Below, piece by piece: positions 8,596 through 18,490 of a stretch of DNA of 64,000 nt (position 1 is the first letter of the stretch; each line of letters begins with the position of its first letter). Below the pieces are notes generated by a model. It saw only the letters and a program-made list of their open reading frames with translations, ran no database searches and had not been told where the DNA came from. Both the position numbers and the translations under genes were made by a program. This DNA comes from a virus (Duplodnaviria > Caudoviricetes): positions 1 to 64,000 of the IMG/VR virus record IMGVR_UViG_3300038443_000257; one strand, given 5' to 3'.

Positions 8596-8769
8596 TTATT
8601 CCTTCAGCCAAGCGTGAATGATTTTAGACAACTTTGACCATTCTTCCTGTGTAATGTCGCCCTCTTCAAAATGATAGTCAATCTCAGCTAAAGCTGCCGC
8701 GAAGTAAAGCTTAGGAGTTGTCTTAAACTCAATGTTGGCATACTTCTTTTCTAGTTCTTGTGCTGTCAT
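8596..8769 (-). CDS. early hypothetical protein
   Basis: SD GGAGG, MTAQELEKK. Confidence 0.7.
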   Translation of the reverse strand: MTAQELEKKYANIEFKTTPKLYFAAALAEIDYHFEEGDITQEEWSKLSKIIHAWLKE

Positions 8770-8977
8770 GATTATTCCTCCAAATACCACTCTTCCACAT
8801 AATAGGAGTCAACATTTCCTGCGCGACCCTCAATTGCCCTTTCTGCCCCTTCCTTTGTGTAATGCACGCTAATTACAGCATCACTACCTTCGCAGAGGAT
8901 TTTACGTACCATATAAATAATCATAATTAGTTTCGAGAATGTTTATATTCGAGAAAGAGAGACATCGCTAGATGGCT

Positions 8978-9370
8978 CTATTCCTCCTTTCCAAACACCA
9001 TATAAAGTTTCCCCTTCCCATCTTGCCACACAGTTGCACTCCCTTTCGATCCTACCGTGTCATCATGGAACACCATCTTCAGCCCTTCATTCGACACAAG
9101 CTGTGTGTATTCGTAGCTATCCTTGTATGTGTTGATACGTGCTACAAGCTGCCTGACGATATTGATTTTTACACCATGCTTGCCGTTTCCCCGTCCCACT
9201 TTGCAACCAACATCTTCTAATGGTCGATTCTCATAACGTTGCATGTCAATGCAATATTCCATCTTAACCTGTAGGCCATTCATGGGATGACTCTGTGCAT
9301 AAGACTCGCTGTATGCTACAGAGCTAGACATTAGCACGATACACAAGAGGCAGAGGGAAATGAGTTTCAT
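8978..9370 (-). CDS. secreted hypothetical protein
   Basis: MKLISLCLLCIVLMSSSVAYS signal peptide. Confidence 0.65.
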   Translation of the reverse strand: MKLISLCLLCIVLMSSSVAYSESYAQSHPMNGLQVKMEYCIDMQRYENRPLEDVGCKVGRGNGKHGVKINIVRQLVARINTYKDSYEYTQLVSNEGLKMVFHDDTVGSKGSATVWQDGKGKLYMVFGKEE

Positions 9371-9505
9371 GTTAGGCTTTCTTGTTGTGTTTGGTGGGCA
9401 TTGAAGGATTCCAACCTTCACCTCCGGCTAGGTTTATAGAGATAATCCTCAGAGACTTCTAGAAGTCTCCCCTAGCCAGTAGACCCGCATGGATGCCCTA
9501 TAATA

Positions 9506-9709
9506 TTATTTCCAGCAATCAAAGTGTTTATCAAGCTTGCGATTCCAGACAGTAAACCAGTTGCCGTAAGGAGAAATAATCTCAACCTGAGTGCTAGTCA
9601 TCTTACGATTCTCAAACAGAATGTTAGCTTCTTCTTCGGTGTACATGTCGGAGAATTCATCTCCTGAAAAGTTGTACCAACGAAGTTGCCAATCTTTAAG
9701 CTGTTGCAT
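9506..9709 (-). CDS. early hypothetical protein
   Basis: SD GAGGGGG, promoter 9747-9775. Confidence 0.7.
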   Translation of the reverse strand: MQQLKDWQLRWYNFSGDEFSDMYTEEEANILFENRKMTSTQVEIISPYGNWFTVWNRKLDKHFDCWK

Positions 9710-9746
9710 GATGTTCCCCCTCTGTGTTTGTTAATCGAATAAGTCT

Positions 9747-9775
9747 AGTGTACACAAGCTTTCTAAGCACGTCAA
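9747..9775 (-). promoter_or_regulatory. early sigma70 promoter
   Basis: TTGACG-17-TACACT. Confidence 0.7.
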
Positions 9776-9884
9776 GAGTTTTATAGCACCAAGCAATTCA
9801 ACTGTTGAGCGCAAGCGAAACAGGCAGGATGCGTAGCAGACTACATCTTAGCCTCAAGCCTTTGAACACTATCTTTCTTAGCCA

Positions 9885-10082
9885 TTATGATTTCTCCTGT
9901 ACAACAACACTAACAACCCTATATTCGTCCACACAATCATTGTCTAAGCTACCTTGCTTCCACTTATCGCAGCTTTCAATAGCTCTATCAAATGCATGGT
10001 AAATCTCAAGCTGGCCTTTAGTGCTGCAAAAAAGCCATGTTTTACTTATGTTGTCATACCATTGAATTGCATACATAATCAT
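9885..10082 (-). CDS. early hypothetical protein
   Basis: SD AAGGGG. Confidence 0.6.
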   Translation of the reverse strand: MIMYAIQWYDNISKTWLFCSTKGQLEIYHAFDRAIESCDKWKQGSLDNDCVDEYRVVSVVVQEKS

Positions 10083-10276
10083 TCCCCTTTGCACACACAA
10101 TCGTTACACATCTTCCAACCGTAACACCAATCTGTGTAGCAGAATGTCCCTTTCATGTAAGGACAATCTTTCAGCTTAGCATAGCCGTACAATCTTGCGT
10201 TATATCCTACATTGTAGGCGAGTGACATGTAATGTCTCCGTTAGGAATGTTGTTTAGAGGATTAGTTTAACGAAAG

Positions 10277-10399
10277 TTAAACAATTCCTGCTACATGAAA
10301 ATCCCACCAAACAGCAAAAGGCAACCCAATAAATCCTACTGTCATAAGAATGATGAACAAGAGGAATAGGAAATTGTGCAGCTTGTCGAATGTTTGCAT
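10277..10399 (-). CDS. small membrane peptide
   Basis: SD GAGGAG, one TM helix. Confidence 0.6.
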   Translation of the reverse strand: MQTFDKLHNFLFLLFIILMTVGFIGLPFAVWWDFHVAGIV

Positions 10400-10412
10400 G
10401 TTAGTTGTCTCC

Positions 10413-10598
10413 TCATTCAATCTTACCGGCACATTCCAGAGAGTGGAACATGCAATAGCCATATTCTTCTGCTGCTTTCTGCCAGTCCAAACCTTTGTAT
10501 TCTTGTGCACCATACACAACCATATATTTGTACTTACTAGTTTGGTACAGCATCACTGGACAGTCGCCGTCGTTGAATGTAGTAAGAAGAGTTTTCAT
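10413..10598 (-). CDS. early hypothetical protein
   Basis: MKTLLTTF...VVYGAQ...EYGYCMFHSLECAGKIE. Confidence 0.7.
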   Translation of the reverse strand: MKTLLTTFNDGDCPVMLYQTSKYKYMVVYGAQEYKGLDWQKAAEEYGYCMFHSLECAGKIE

Positions 10599-10599
10599 G

Positions 10600-10842
10600 T
10601 CAGTTGCCTTTCTGCACGTTGTTATAAATCCATTGGTTAGCCTTGTACATAACACAAGCTTCCGCTTCTTCCTTGCTCAATCCTGCCGCTACAGTGCGTT
10701 GCCCTTCCGGCTTAGACGTATCATGTACAATGTAGCAGCCATTTAAAGGATTGCGATATTCTTTGAATGGGCTGTTTGCTCGTGCCTGAATTACGTCAGA
10801 GACGAAAGTGACACGTTGGTTTTTAAGCATTGTGATGTACAT
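10600..10842 (-). CDS. early hypothetical protein
   Basis: SD GGAG, promoter 10877-10905. Confidence 0.7.
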   Translation of the reverse strand: MYITMLKNQRVTFVSDVIQARANSPFKEYRNPLNGCYIVHDTSKPEGQRTVAAGLSKEEAEACVMYKANQWIYNNVQKGN

Positions 10843-10876
10843 GATATGCTCCGTTGTTTATTGTCTCAATGTGTGT

Positions 10877-10905
10877 ATCTTACCTAAGCATTCAAAGCAC
10901 GTCAA
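10877..10905 (-). promoter_or_regulatory. early sigma70 promoter
   Basis: TTGACG-17-TAAGAT. Confidence 0.7.
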
Positions 10906-10969
10906 CAAGAATTTATAAGAAATTTAGTGCGATATCATAACAAAAGAAAAGCGCCCCGTAGGGCGCCTG

Positions 10970-11122
10970 TCACAGAACAAATGCTGCAATGTCGTCGTCA
11001 AGCTTGTGAAGCTCTTTCAACTCGATCTCATACGGCAGATCGTTTCCGATACGATCACCAATCAGAGACAGCAGAACGCTACGACGAGCTTTCATGTATG
11101 CCAGAGTGATGTTTTTGCTCAT
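10970..11122 (-). CDS. 50 aa early protein in its own transcription unit (not in ORF track)
   Basis: SD AAGGGG, promoter 11194-11222, terminator ~10941-10967. Confidence 0.7.
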   Translation of the reverse strand: MSKNITLAYMKARRSVLLSLIGDRIGNDLPYEIELKELHKLDDDIAAFVL

Positions 11123-11193
11123 TTGAATCCCCTTTGTTGGTTAGTGGTTGTGCTCAACCGATTTGGTTTCACTTTCGCTCAACCGATGTGTGT

Positions 11194-11222
11194 ATATTAC
11201 CTAAGCTTTCTAAGTTGTGCAA
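11194..11222 (-). promoter_or_regulatory. early sigma70 promoter
   Basis: TTGCAC-17-TAATAT. Confidence 0.6.
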
Positions 11223-11293
11223 GCGTTTTCTTAAGATTGTTGTGTTTTCTTTTGGCTTGCTGGCGTCAGCCAGTCTACCAAGCCTGCAGAATG

Positions 11294-11322
11294 TTGACAA
11301 GAATCATGCTTGGGTATATAAT
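11294..11322 (+). promoter_or_regulatory. consensus sigma70 promoter of plus-strand island
   Basis: TTGACA-17-TATAAT. Confidence 0.85.
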
Positions 11323-11365
11323 TATATAGTTGAGCTATAGCTCTATTACTAGTTGAAAGGTTTGT

Positions 11366-11560
11366 ATGCCACGTAAGAATTTTAGTTATGCTAATGCCAC
11401 TGTAACGCAGATTGTCGAACATTTCAAGGGTTCATCTGCGCAAGCTATCCATCTTGCTAGGAAGACATGGAAGACTGACGAGGAAGTGTCTAGCAGGGTT
11501 GAGGAAGCGTACCGACTGTACAAGATTGCTAAGATTGATGAGAAGTTGTCTCAAAAGTAA
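11366..11560 (+). CDS. hypothetical protein
   Basis: SD AAAGG, directly after consensus promoter. Confidence 0.7.
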   Translation: MPRKNFSYANATVTQIVEHFKGSSAQAIHLARKTWKTDEEVSSRVEEAYRLYKIAKIDEKLSQK

Positions 11561-11572
11561 TTTCTGTGTATC

Positions 11573-11646
11573 TAATAGGTGTCGTTAATTGCTTTGCCTA
11601 ATTTTTGTGCAGAGTCTTCTTTAGTTATTTAATAGGTGTCGTTAAT
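11573..11646 (+). repeat. 17 bp direct repeat TAATAGGTGTCGTTAAT x2
   Basis: Exact copies at 11573-11589 and 11630-11646. Confidence 0.85.
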
Positions 11647-12226
11647 GGAAGTGTACGGCGTAAGTGTGTGGGAAGCGTGCAAACCGCTAGGGTATGACAA
11701 GCGCGAGCGTAAGCCGTTGCAGTGTGCGGAACTGACGCCATCAATGATGGAAAAGCTTAAGAAGCGCATACCTCGTTGGAAGCCTGATGCGGAATGGACG
11801 TATAAGATTAAGCCTGAACCTGAGCGCACAAAGGGACGTAAGCCTGTTGTGTTGGACAATGCTGACTTGGTGCAACTGTTTGATGGTGTTGTATTCAGCA
11901 TGAAGGAATCGACATTGCCGCCAGTGTTTGAGGATATCTTTTATGGCGTTGTGAGACTTGATCTCAATGGCAACACGCGCCCACTGTCAACCATGATCGT
12001 GTATCGGCTGCTGTCCAAGCTGGAAAAGCTTTCAACTGCTATCATTGCCGATGCTCTTGGGCTAAGTGACAGACAGGCGCAGAGATACATGCAAGCGTGC
12101 GGATTGGTGCAATTCTTGATTCGTCGGGAAGTGGTAAAACATCAACTATATAATGATGAGCTAATAGCACAAAACGACTGGGAAAAAGTAACAGAACTAG
12201 AACAAGAAAGGATGCAAGATGAATGA
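11645..12226 (+). CDS. HTH DNA-binding protein
   Basis: STAIIADALGLSDRQAQRYM helix-turn-helix. Confidence 0.7.
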   Translation: MEVYGVSVWEACKPLGYDKRERKPLQCAELTPSMMEKLKKRIPRWKPDAEWTYKIKPEPERTKGRKPVVLDNADLVQLFDGVVFSMKESTLPPVFEDIFYGVVRLDLNGNTRPLSTMIVYRLLSKLEKLSTAIIADALGLSDRQAQRYMQACGLVQFLIRREVVKHQLYNDELIAQNDWEKVTELEQERMQDE

Positions 12227-12782
12227 TACAGTAAAACGAATTGAAGTGACACGAATCACAAGAGTTACAACAGACGAGATTGATAACTTGCCCGGTATTT
12301 ATTGTGTGTATTGTCCTAAGACTGGATTTACAAAGTTTGGACGTGCAAGCAAACTGCGCGACAGATTGCAAGACTATAATACAATGTGTCTTAATGGTGG
12401 TGGAGTGGTTATCATGACTAAAACTATGTCTCCCCGCATGATCGTATGCGCAGAGGAAACATTGTTGTCCATTGCTACTACTCGGCTTGAACATGTTGAT
12501 AAGAATGAGTATTTCTTGTGTGAAAGCGAAGATGTTGCAAGAAAGATTCTTGATGATAGCTTAGCATATCTGACACGGTATTACGTGACTCTGCGCGATA
12601 TCATGCAACCGCTTCTAGATGATCTTTCTAAAGCTGTTAGCAATTCTGAGACAGTTGAGGATTTCCAAAAGCAAGCAAGTGATTTTTGGTCGGCAATATT
12701 TGCTGGCTTGCGAGACGCAAAGCAAGCCGAACATATGGAGATTTATTATCTCACAAAGTCGGCTGCTATTGAAGATGAATAG
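12219..12782 (+). CDS. GIY-YIG (T5orf172-like) domain protein
   Basis: GIYCV...TKFGRA..LRDRLQDYNT...AEETL...NEYF. Confidence 0.75.
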   Translation: MNDTVKRIEVTRITRVTTDEIDNLPGIYCVYCPKTGFTKFGRASKLRDRLQDYNTMCLNGGGVVIMTKTMSPRMIVCAEETLLSIATTRLEHVDKNEYFLCESEDVARKILDDSLAYLTRYYVTLRDIMQPLLDDLSKAVSNSETVEDFQKQASDFWSAIFAGLRDAKQAEHMEIYYLTKSAAIEDE

Positions 12783-12784
12783 CA

Positions 12785-12991
12785 CTACTCCAAAACAGGA
12801 AACACATATTCCGCCATCTCTTGCCCACGAACGAATCCAATCTCCTCCATAGTGAATGCATCACCTAAGCTAGCATGCTGACATTCCCAAGCATGCATAA
12901 CGCAAAGCTCCGATTCAGTGTAGCCCGAAGCATCACGATTGATAAGATATGGCGCCCAAAACAACGGAAGAGTGTATGTAACTGTTTTCAT
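12785..12991 (-). CDS. early hypothetical protein
   Basis: SD GAGGA; LPLFWAPYLINRDASG. Confidence 0.7.
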   Translation of the reverse strand: MKTVTYTLPLFWAPYLINRDASGYTESELCVMHAWECQHASLGDAFTMEEIGFVRGQEMAEYVFPVLE

Positions 12992-13129
12992 GGCTTATCC
13001 TCTCATGCTGGCTTCTTAACCCAACCCACACCTTTAATCCAAACCAGCTTACCCTCTTTGTCTTGCTTGTCGTAGATATATCCGTACTTACGGCAGTAAC
13101 CAACGCGTTCCATGATAATCTCCTTGAGA

Positions 13130-13399
13130 TTAGATTTTAGCAGGGTACATCTTTTTAGAAAGCTTGTCAACAGCATACTGCGCGGCAATCTGTGCCATCT
13201 CTGGCATGTAGCCACGATCAATAAGCACAGCTTTAGTTTTGTTGTAAAGATTATCTGCACCGCTGTTAGTGGCACGAAGCTTGTGCAACTCCTTCTCTGC
13301 ATTTTCTGCAATGACGCTTGCGATGTTTTCCGCATACTCGTCGCTCTTGTCCCAACGGGATTCACTCTTAACTTGATCTTTGATTGCTTGCATGCTCAT
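13130..13399 (-). CDS. early hypothetical protein
   Basis: SD AGGAG, promoter 13437-13465 (TTGCAA-17-TATGAT). Confidence 0.75.
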   Translation of the reverse strand: MSMQAIKDQVKSESRWDKSDEYAENIASVIAENAEKELHKLRATNSGADNLYNKTKAVLIDRGYMPEMAQIAAQYAVDKLSKKMYPAKI

Positions 13400-13470
13400 G
13401 ATGTTCTCCTAGTTGGTTAGTGCTGCCGATGTAAGAATCATACCGCACCTCACAAAGCATTGCAAGCACT

Positions 13471-13860
13471 TTATTTGTCATCACTCCCATATGTCGCCCT
13501 AGCCTCTGCCAGCTTTTTCCTCACATCCCACAAAGAAGCCTCACACGATGCCATGCGGTCTTTACGGTTAGCTTTGGTGTGCGCTAGCAAAGCTAATTCA
13601 TAATGCTCAATCTGTTTCAAGTATCGACGTTCCAACCCCTCCAAAATCTCCTTATTCGTCATCGGCTGTTCGTACGTGACGCAAGAACTAATATCTACTC
13701 CGTGCGTATCTTCTTCCATTGCGTAAGTATATACTAACACATGCTCAGGAGAGAGTGTTTCGCTCAGCGTGCTAAGATATTCGATAGCCTCTTTCACAGT
13801 GCGCCCGTCAATGGCATTCAGCCAATCGATGTCTTGTGTGATTGTTTTGGTGTAGGTCAT
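13471..13860 (-). CDS. early hypothetical protein
   Basis: 129 aa ORF in block orientation. Confidence 0.7.
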   Translation of the reverse strand: MTYTKTITQDIDWLNAIDGRTVKEAIEYLSTLSETLSPEHVLVYTYAMEEDTHGVDISSCVTYEQPMTNKEILEGLERRYLKQIEHYELALLAHTKANRKDRMASCEASLWDVRKKLAEARATYGSDDK

Positions 13861-13862
13861 GA

Positions 13863-14003
13863 TTAGTGTAAATTGTCAATACGTTTAATATCCCACTCAG
13901 TTTTACCAGTGGCCTTAATGAATGCCTCTATTGCGCTAGAAAGCAGCATTTGGCAAGGTGCTTCCCACGTACTGCCATTATACATCGTGAATTTCCAGAT
14001 CAT
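13863..14003 (-). CDS. early hypothetical protein
   Basis: SD GGAGGGG. Confidence 0.6.
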   Translation of the reverse strand: MIWKFTMYNGSTWEAPCQMLLSSAIEAFIKATGKTEWDIKRIDNLH

Positions 14004-14086
14004 GTTATCCCCTCCCATTCCGGCCTCGCCCTCTGCGCTGCCCATGAACGTATAATCTCACATAAACTTAAGCACGTCAAGCACTT

Positions 14087-14350
14087 TTAAACTGATTCTG
14101 AGTTTGGCCTAACCTTGTTGTCATCGTAAGTTATGAGCCAGCACGAATCTCTATCAATCATAGTGCTTGCAGTCATCATATCTGCCCCGGCATCCCAAAT
14201 CTCTGCCATGTACCAGCCCTCAGGATGGATATGGGCATGACCGGCACCAAATAAAATCTCAATTCCATCAGGCATGCTGTCAAGATGCTTTTGTAATTTC
14301 TTTGCCCATGCTATTTGTTCCCGAGTCATCACAAATTCTTCGTATTTCAT
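14087..14350 (-). CDS. early hypothetical protein
   Basis: SD GGGAG. Confidence 0.7.
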   Translation of the reverse strand: MKYEEFVMTREQIAWAKKLQKHLDSMPDGIEILFGAGHAHIHPEGWYMAEIWDAGADMMTASTMIDRDSCWLITYDDNKVRPNSESV

Positions 14351-15377
14351 ACATTCTCCCTTCAAACACTCTCAACACTAAATCCTTGCATTCCATGCAC
14401 TACAGATATTTGCGAGCCGTTCGGAAAGGTTTACTTTCCTTCAAAGATTGCCAATTCTTCTTTCCCTTCTAACATGTCGTACAATTGAAACAGAACGTCT
14501 GTAGAACGATTGTAGGAAGCTGTTGCAATCATGGCTCTATAGTTTGGTGTGGCTCTGCAACGAGCTAGGATTAACTTTAGGGCTGTTTCTGTGTATTTGG
14601 TCATTTAATCTCCGTCCGCACGTTAACAAATCCCAACATAGCCGCCCCATCTAAAAGCTTATTTGCCAAGTGCACTGCTTCCACTTTATTAAGAGTGACA
14701 CTAAACACGCTGTCATCTGCCAATTTAATTTCAATGTCGATGTATTCGCCATCGATAAACACTTGCGGGGTCATTTGATATTTTCCTCCTCTTTCCTAGC
14801 TTTCAAACAATATAGCGCAGAAAGAAACTCTTGTGCATCGATATAAGGCTGTGCACCATATGGGTAGCAGATGCACTCTTTCAACACTTCAATTAACTCG
14901 TCAATTTCAATTGTCATATCACCCTCACACATTCAACATAATCACACAAATTGTCACGAATGCAACAAATGCCAATATGGCAATGATTATAAAAACAGCG
15001 CCCTCATGCTCGCGTATGAATTTGCGTATCATTGTCTCCTCGCGTTTAGAGCCTCATCAGGTGCTCAAAGTTGTTTAGGCTACCACCCTACAGGCCGCAT
15101 TGTGTTGTGGCCTTGTGGGCATCTCCTACGCCTTGAATCGTCATTATCACATCATTGCAAGAATCACTCTCCCCACATCGGCTCTTGCTCATACCAATTG
15201 CCCCGCCCATCACTCCAACGATACTCTACATTTCCTGTATCCTTGTGGATACGCATGGACATGTCTTGATTGTAATACCATTTGCTTGCAAACAGATGGG
15301 AAAGGAATTGTTTGATGGTGTTCATGATGTTCTCCGTTTTGTTGAGTGTTTGATGTTTTCAACATCTGTGTGGACAT

Positions 15378-15407
15378 AGCTTAATAGGCTTAGAGTGCTT
15401 GTGTCAA
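15378..15407 (-). promoter_or_regulatory. early sigma70 promoter
   Basis: TTGACA-18-TAAGCT. Confidence 0.6.
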
Positions 15408-15583
15408 GCGTTATTTGCAAGATCGTTAGCAATGTCCATATCAAATGCCGTTCTCAATTGCCCATTCAATGGCAAACGTTTTTGTGCCTGTGTATTGCAC
15501 CTTGTTTTTGTTTGAAATAAGCGTGACGATGTAGCGCGAGCCGGATTTAAAGACGGCGTAGATACTGTTGGTGAAAATGGGCT

Positions 15584-15934
15584 TCATTCTTCATTCTCCA
15601 TGATGTAACGTTTGATTGCTTCGTCTGCAATAATACGTGCCATCGTAATCGATTCACAAATGCCACGGTTAATACGCAGAATTTTTTGCAAATCATCATC
15701 AGTAAAGTCGCTTTTCGGATATTCCTTTTTTGGTTTGATTCGGTATTCATCTGTATCATGCCATCCCGGATGGGGGCAATCCCGCCATTCTTCAGGCTGC
15801 GACCTGTACTTATACTGAATTTCTGCCCCATCGGCCCATAATTTTATAAGTGCTGCGTGTTTTTGTGGTGTATTCTTCGAATGTTTGTTCATTTCATCCG
15901 CCAAATTCAATAAAGCCTTTTTCGGATAATTCAT
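15584..15934 (-). CDS. hypothetical protein
   Basis: HAALIKLWADGAEIQY...P.W....EYRIKP, a common phage motif. Confidence 0.75.
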   Translation of the reverse strand: MNYPKKALLNLADEMNKHSKNTPQKHAALIKLWADGAEIQYKYRSQPEEWRDCPHPGWHDTDEYRIKPKKEYPKSDFTDDDLQKILRINRGICESITMARIIADEAIKRYIMENEE

Positions 15935-16142
15935 TTAATCCTTTTTGTATTATGAGACATGCTTGTCCCTTTTCCCAATCAAGACTTGGTGCACCTTGTA
16001 TAAGATTCATTTGCTTAAATGCTTCTATTGCAGCATGTCGCAACAGTTCGGGGATATTTACATGTGCAGATTTACCGTGCTCAACAAGAGTTGGAACGAA
16101 TTGCGCACATGCAATTAACACAACATCTTTATGATAATTCAT
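15894..16142 (-). CDS. hypothetical protein
   Basis: SD AGGAGG. Confidence 0.65.
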   Translation of the reverse strand: MNYHKDVVLIACAQFVPTLVEHGKSAHVNIPELLRHAAIEAFKQMNLIQGAPSLDWEKGQACLIIQKGLNELSEKGFIEFGG

Positions 16143-16655
16143 TTATTCCTCCTTAATGGCATATCCATAAATCATATTCCAATTGCAAAAGTAGTGTATA
16201 TTGACTTTTGTAAAGCGCAACACACCGCTGTCTAAACTTACATTTGACGTACCTTTATATGTTGTACTGGTATTATCCGAGTATGTAATTTCAATAGTGT
16301 ATGTTTTCTTTTTAAACATCATTCCCCCGTTATTTCGTCAATAAATTTATACAAAGCATTTCGTGTGCGGTCACGCTCTGCAAGTGCAACATCCCATTCA
16401 GCTTGTTCCTTGTTCCTCAAGAGGGCAAGCATGGCTGTTGCTTCAGAGAAAAGGGCTATCTTGAGTTTCAATTCGTGTGCTTGTTGTTTGTTCATTTTTG
16501 AGCCTCTTTCAACTCATCGCAGGCGTCGCACACATCATTAATACTGTCCGGACTTTCGCACCAAATAACCAATTCATCTAACACGCCATGATCTGTAGCT
16601 TGTTGTAATGCTTTAATCAGGTTGTCTAATGCAATACTTTGAATATGATTGAGTT

Positions 16656-16979
16656 TCATTTCTTCTCCTGTAGCAACATAGTTGCAGCAAATTTAATCGC
16701 GGTATCTTCCGGGTTCCACTCGTAATGTGGTTTGCTAATCTCACCTTTCATGTTGCGCGATTGGCTATAATAAAGCTGCTCCGTGTCTGCGTCCAACACT
16801 TCCGCATACGAGGCCCCATATTTATTAATTTGGAGATTTCTCATAACGTTAAGGCCAGCTTCAAACAAGTTTGTTCCATGCGTCACTTTGACGACTTCAT
16901 TGCGGAATACATAACGTGTTTTTAGCTTTGTTGGAGCATTCTTTGTGGCTCCGTTGTTCATTACTATTTTACTTGTCAT
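16656..16979 (-). CDS. early hypothetical protein
   Basis: SD AAGGG, promoter-like TTGACA upstream near 17055. Confidence 0.7.
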   Translation of the reverse strand: MTSKIVMNNGATKNAPTKLKTRYVFRNEVVKVTHGTNLFEAGLNVMRNLQINKYGASYAEVLDADTEQLYYSQSRNMKGEISKPHYEWNPEDTAIKFAATMLLQEKK

Positions 16980-17067
16980 GATAACGCCCTTGGTAGAGTT
17001 GACATTGCTCACGCTCTGTCTATGTGCTTATTATTGCTTGTATTGCTTACCCATGTCAAGAGAAATT

Positions 17068-17259
17068 TTAGTCATTCTCTTCAGGCTGATTCCAAGAGAT
17101 GACCAACACGTCATCTGACAAAAGTTCAATCTTTCGAATATTACTTTCCAGAGCCTTTAATCTAAAAAGTACGCCCATTTGTGCTGCATCCATTCCCTGA
17201 TGTTCGTACGGCATTGCATCAGGCGCTTGTGACGAATACCACCATTTAAGAACTAGCAT
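17068..17259 (-). CDS. early hypothetical protein
   Basis: SD AAGGGG. Confidence 0.65.
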   Translation of the reverse strand: MLVLKWWYSSQAPDAMPYEHQGMDAAQMGVLFRLKALESNIRKIELLSDDVLVISWNQPEEND

Positions 17260-17272
17260 GTTAGCATCCCCT

Positions 17273-17404
17273 TTAGCCAACGTCACCAGCAATACCCGCC
17301 AGAACGAGAATAACGGCGCCTGCTAGGAATGCCATCAACACTACGATAATTTGTAGCACAGAGGGAAGGCGTTCCGGCTTGTAGCTTTGTGCATATGTAT
17401 TCAC
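17273..17404 (-). CDS. 43 aa membrane peptide (not in ORF track)
   Basis: GTG start, IIVVLMAFLAGAVILVLAGIAG TM helix. Confidence 0.55.
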   Translation of the reverse strand: MNTYAQSYKPERLPSVLQIIVVLMAFLAGAVILVLAGIAGDVG

Positions 17405-17406
17405 GA

Positions 17407-17661
17407 TTATTTTTCCTTCGTAGAAACAATTGCATCAATGTCAGCTTGCGAGATGCCAGCTTGTTTAAGCTGCCCGGATAGTTCAGCACGTTCGATACAA
17501 TGCGGCCATTTACGGAGCCATCGCAGCGGCTGAGAACGTTCGCTATAAATGCGCGCAACCACTTCACCGGACAAGTCACGCACAGTTACAGATGCTTTCT
17601 GTGAGCCTTTCTTGCTCGCGTTGGACGAGTAAATGAGTAGGTTGTTAATTTGCTCTGCCAT
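17407..17661 (-). CDS. early hypothetical protein
   Basis: 84 aa, coupled to upstream gene. Confidence 0.7.
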   Translation of the reverse strand: MAEQINNLLIYSSNASKKGSQKASVTVRDLSGEVVARIYSERSQPLRWLRKWPHCIERAELSGQLKQAGISQADIDAIVSTKEK

Positions 17662-17664
17662 GAC

Positions 17665-18207
17665 TTATTCCCCAAAGTAAAACTGTTGGCAATATTGTAA
17701 CAGAACATCTTGCGAGATGATGCCGGGGGCTTCCGTCCAAGATGTGCCCCAATCTTGGAATTCGATCCATGCGCGGCAAGGCTCACAATAGTCGTTCAGT
17801 TCGCCTATGATGCGGCAAGCGGGACCGCCAGTGCACAACAGAATGTAAAACTCTGACGGGCCGTCGCCCTCGCCTTTGCTGCATGGGTTATACCAATCAG
17901 ACCTAACTTGCACTTCAAGAGCATCATCAAGGATAGCTTCGCGTGCTTCGTCTTCGGATTCGTTGCCGTTGGCGGCCTCTTCCAATTCGCGAAGTTCGTC
18001 TTCGTGTGATTGCAACCAATCTGTAAGCGCTTTACAAGCTTCGACGTGCTCATTGTCGGATTTTTCGATATCCGCGCAATCGTCCCGCAGGTTATCGCGT
18101 TCGTCTTTCAACTCTTCCAGCCGATCATAATCAACGTTCAAAGCCGCCACCATTGCGGCGATGCTGTTTGCTTGTGCTTTGGCTTGTTCGCATGCATTGT
18201 CAGACAT
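17665..18207 (-). CDS. highly acidic early protein
   Basis: SD AAGGAG, D/E-rich, ILLCTGGPA and QDWG motifs, promoter 18255-18283. Confidence 0.8.
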   Translation of the reverse strand: MSDNACEQAKAQANSIAAMVAALNVDYDRLEELKDERDNLRDDCADIEKSDNEHVEACKALTDWLQSHEDELRELEEAANGNESEDEAREAILDDALEVQVRSDWYNPCSKGEGDGPSEFYILLCTGGPACRIIGELNDYCEPCRAWIEFQDWGTSWTEAPGIISQDVLLQYCQQFYFGE

Positions 18208-18340
18208 TTTGTTCTCCTTTGTTAAGCGCCCTATGCGCTGCATCCATGTGAAGCATCTTACGTCGGAACTAAAAGGCAGTCAAGCAACCAAAGCAATAAA
18301 AGTTAGAGGGACGCTTCTAAATTCTTTCGCAAGATTCTTG

Positions 18341-18490
18341 TTGACATAGCAGGCGTAAGAGTGATATTCTGTACTCACTTTCGGAAGAGGGACAATAGCC
18401 AAGTTTGCTAAGCTGCCGGGAAGTTAATCCGCCCCTGCGCGAGTGATTTGTAAGTGAACAAAAAGAAAAGCCCGCATGCGCGGGCGTCTT
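18341..18490 (+). ncRNA. candidate small RNA with promoter
   Basis: TTGACA-18-TATTCT with TG extension, ~110 nt ORF-free transcript, ends at hairpin 18470-18485. Confidence 0.5.
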
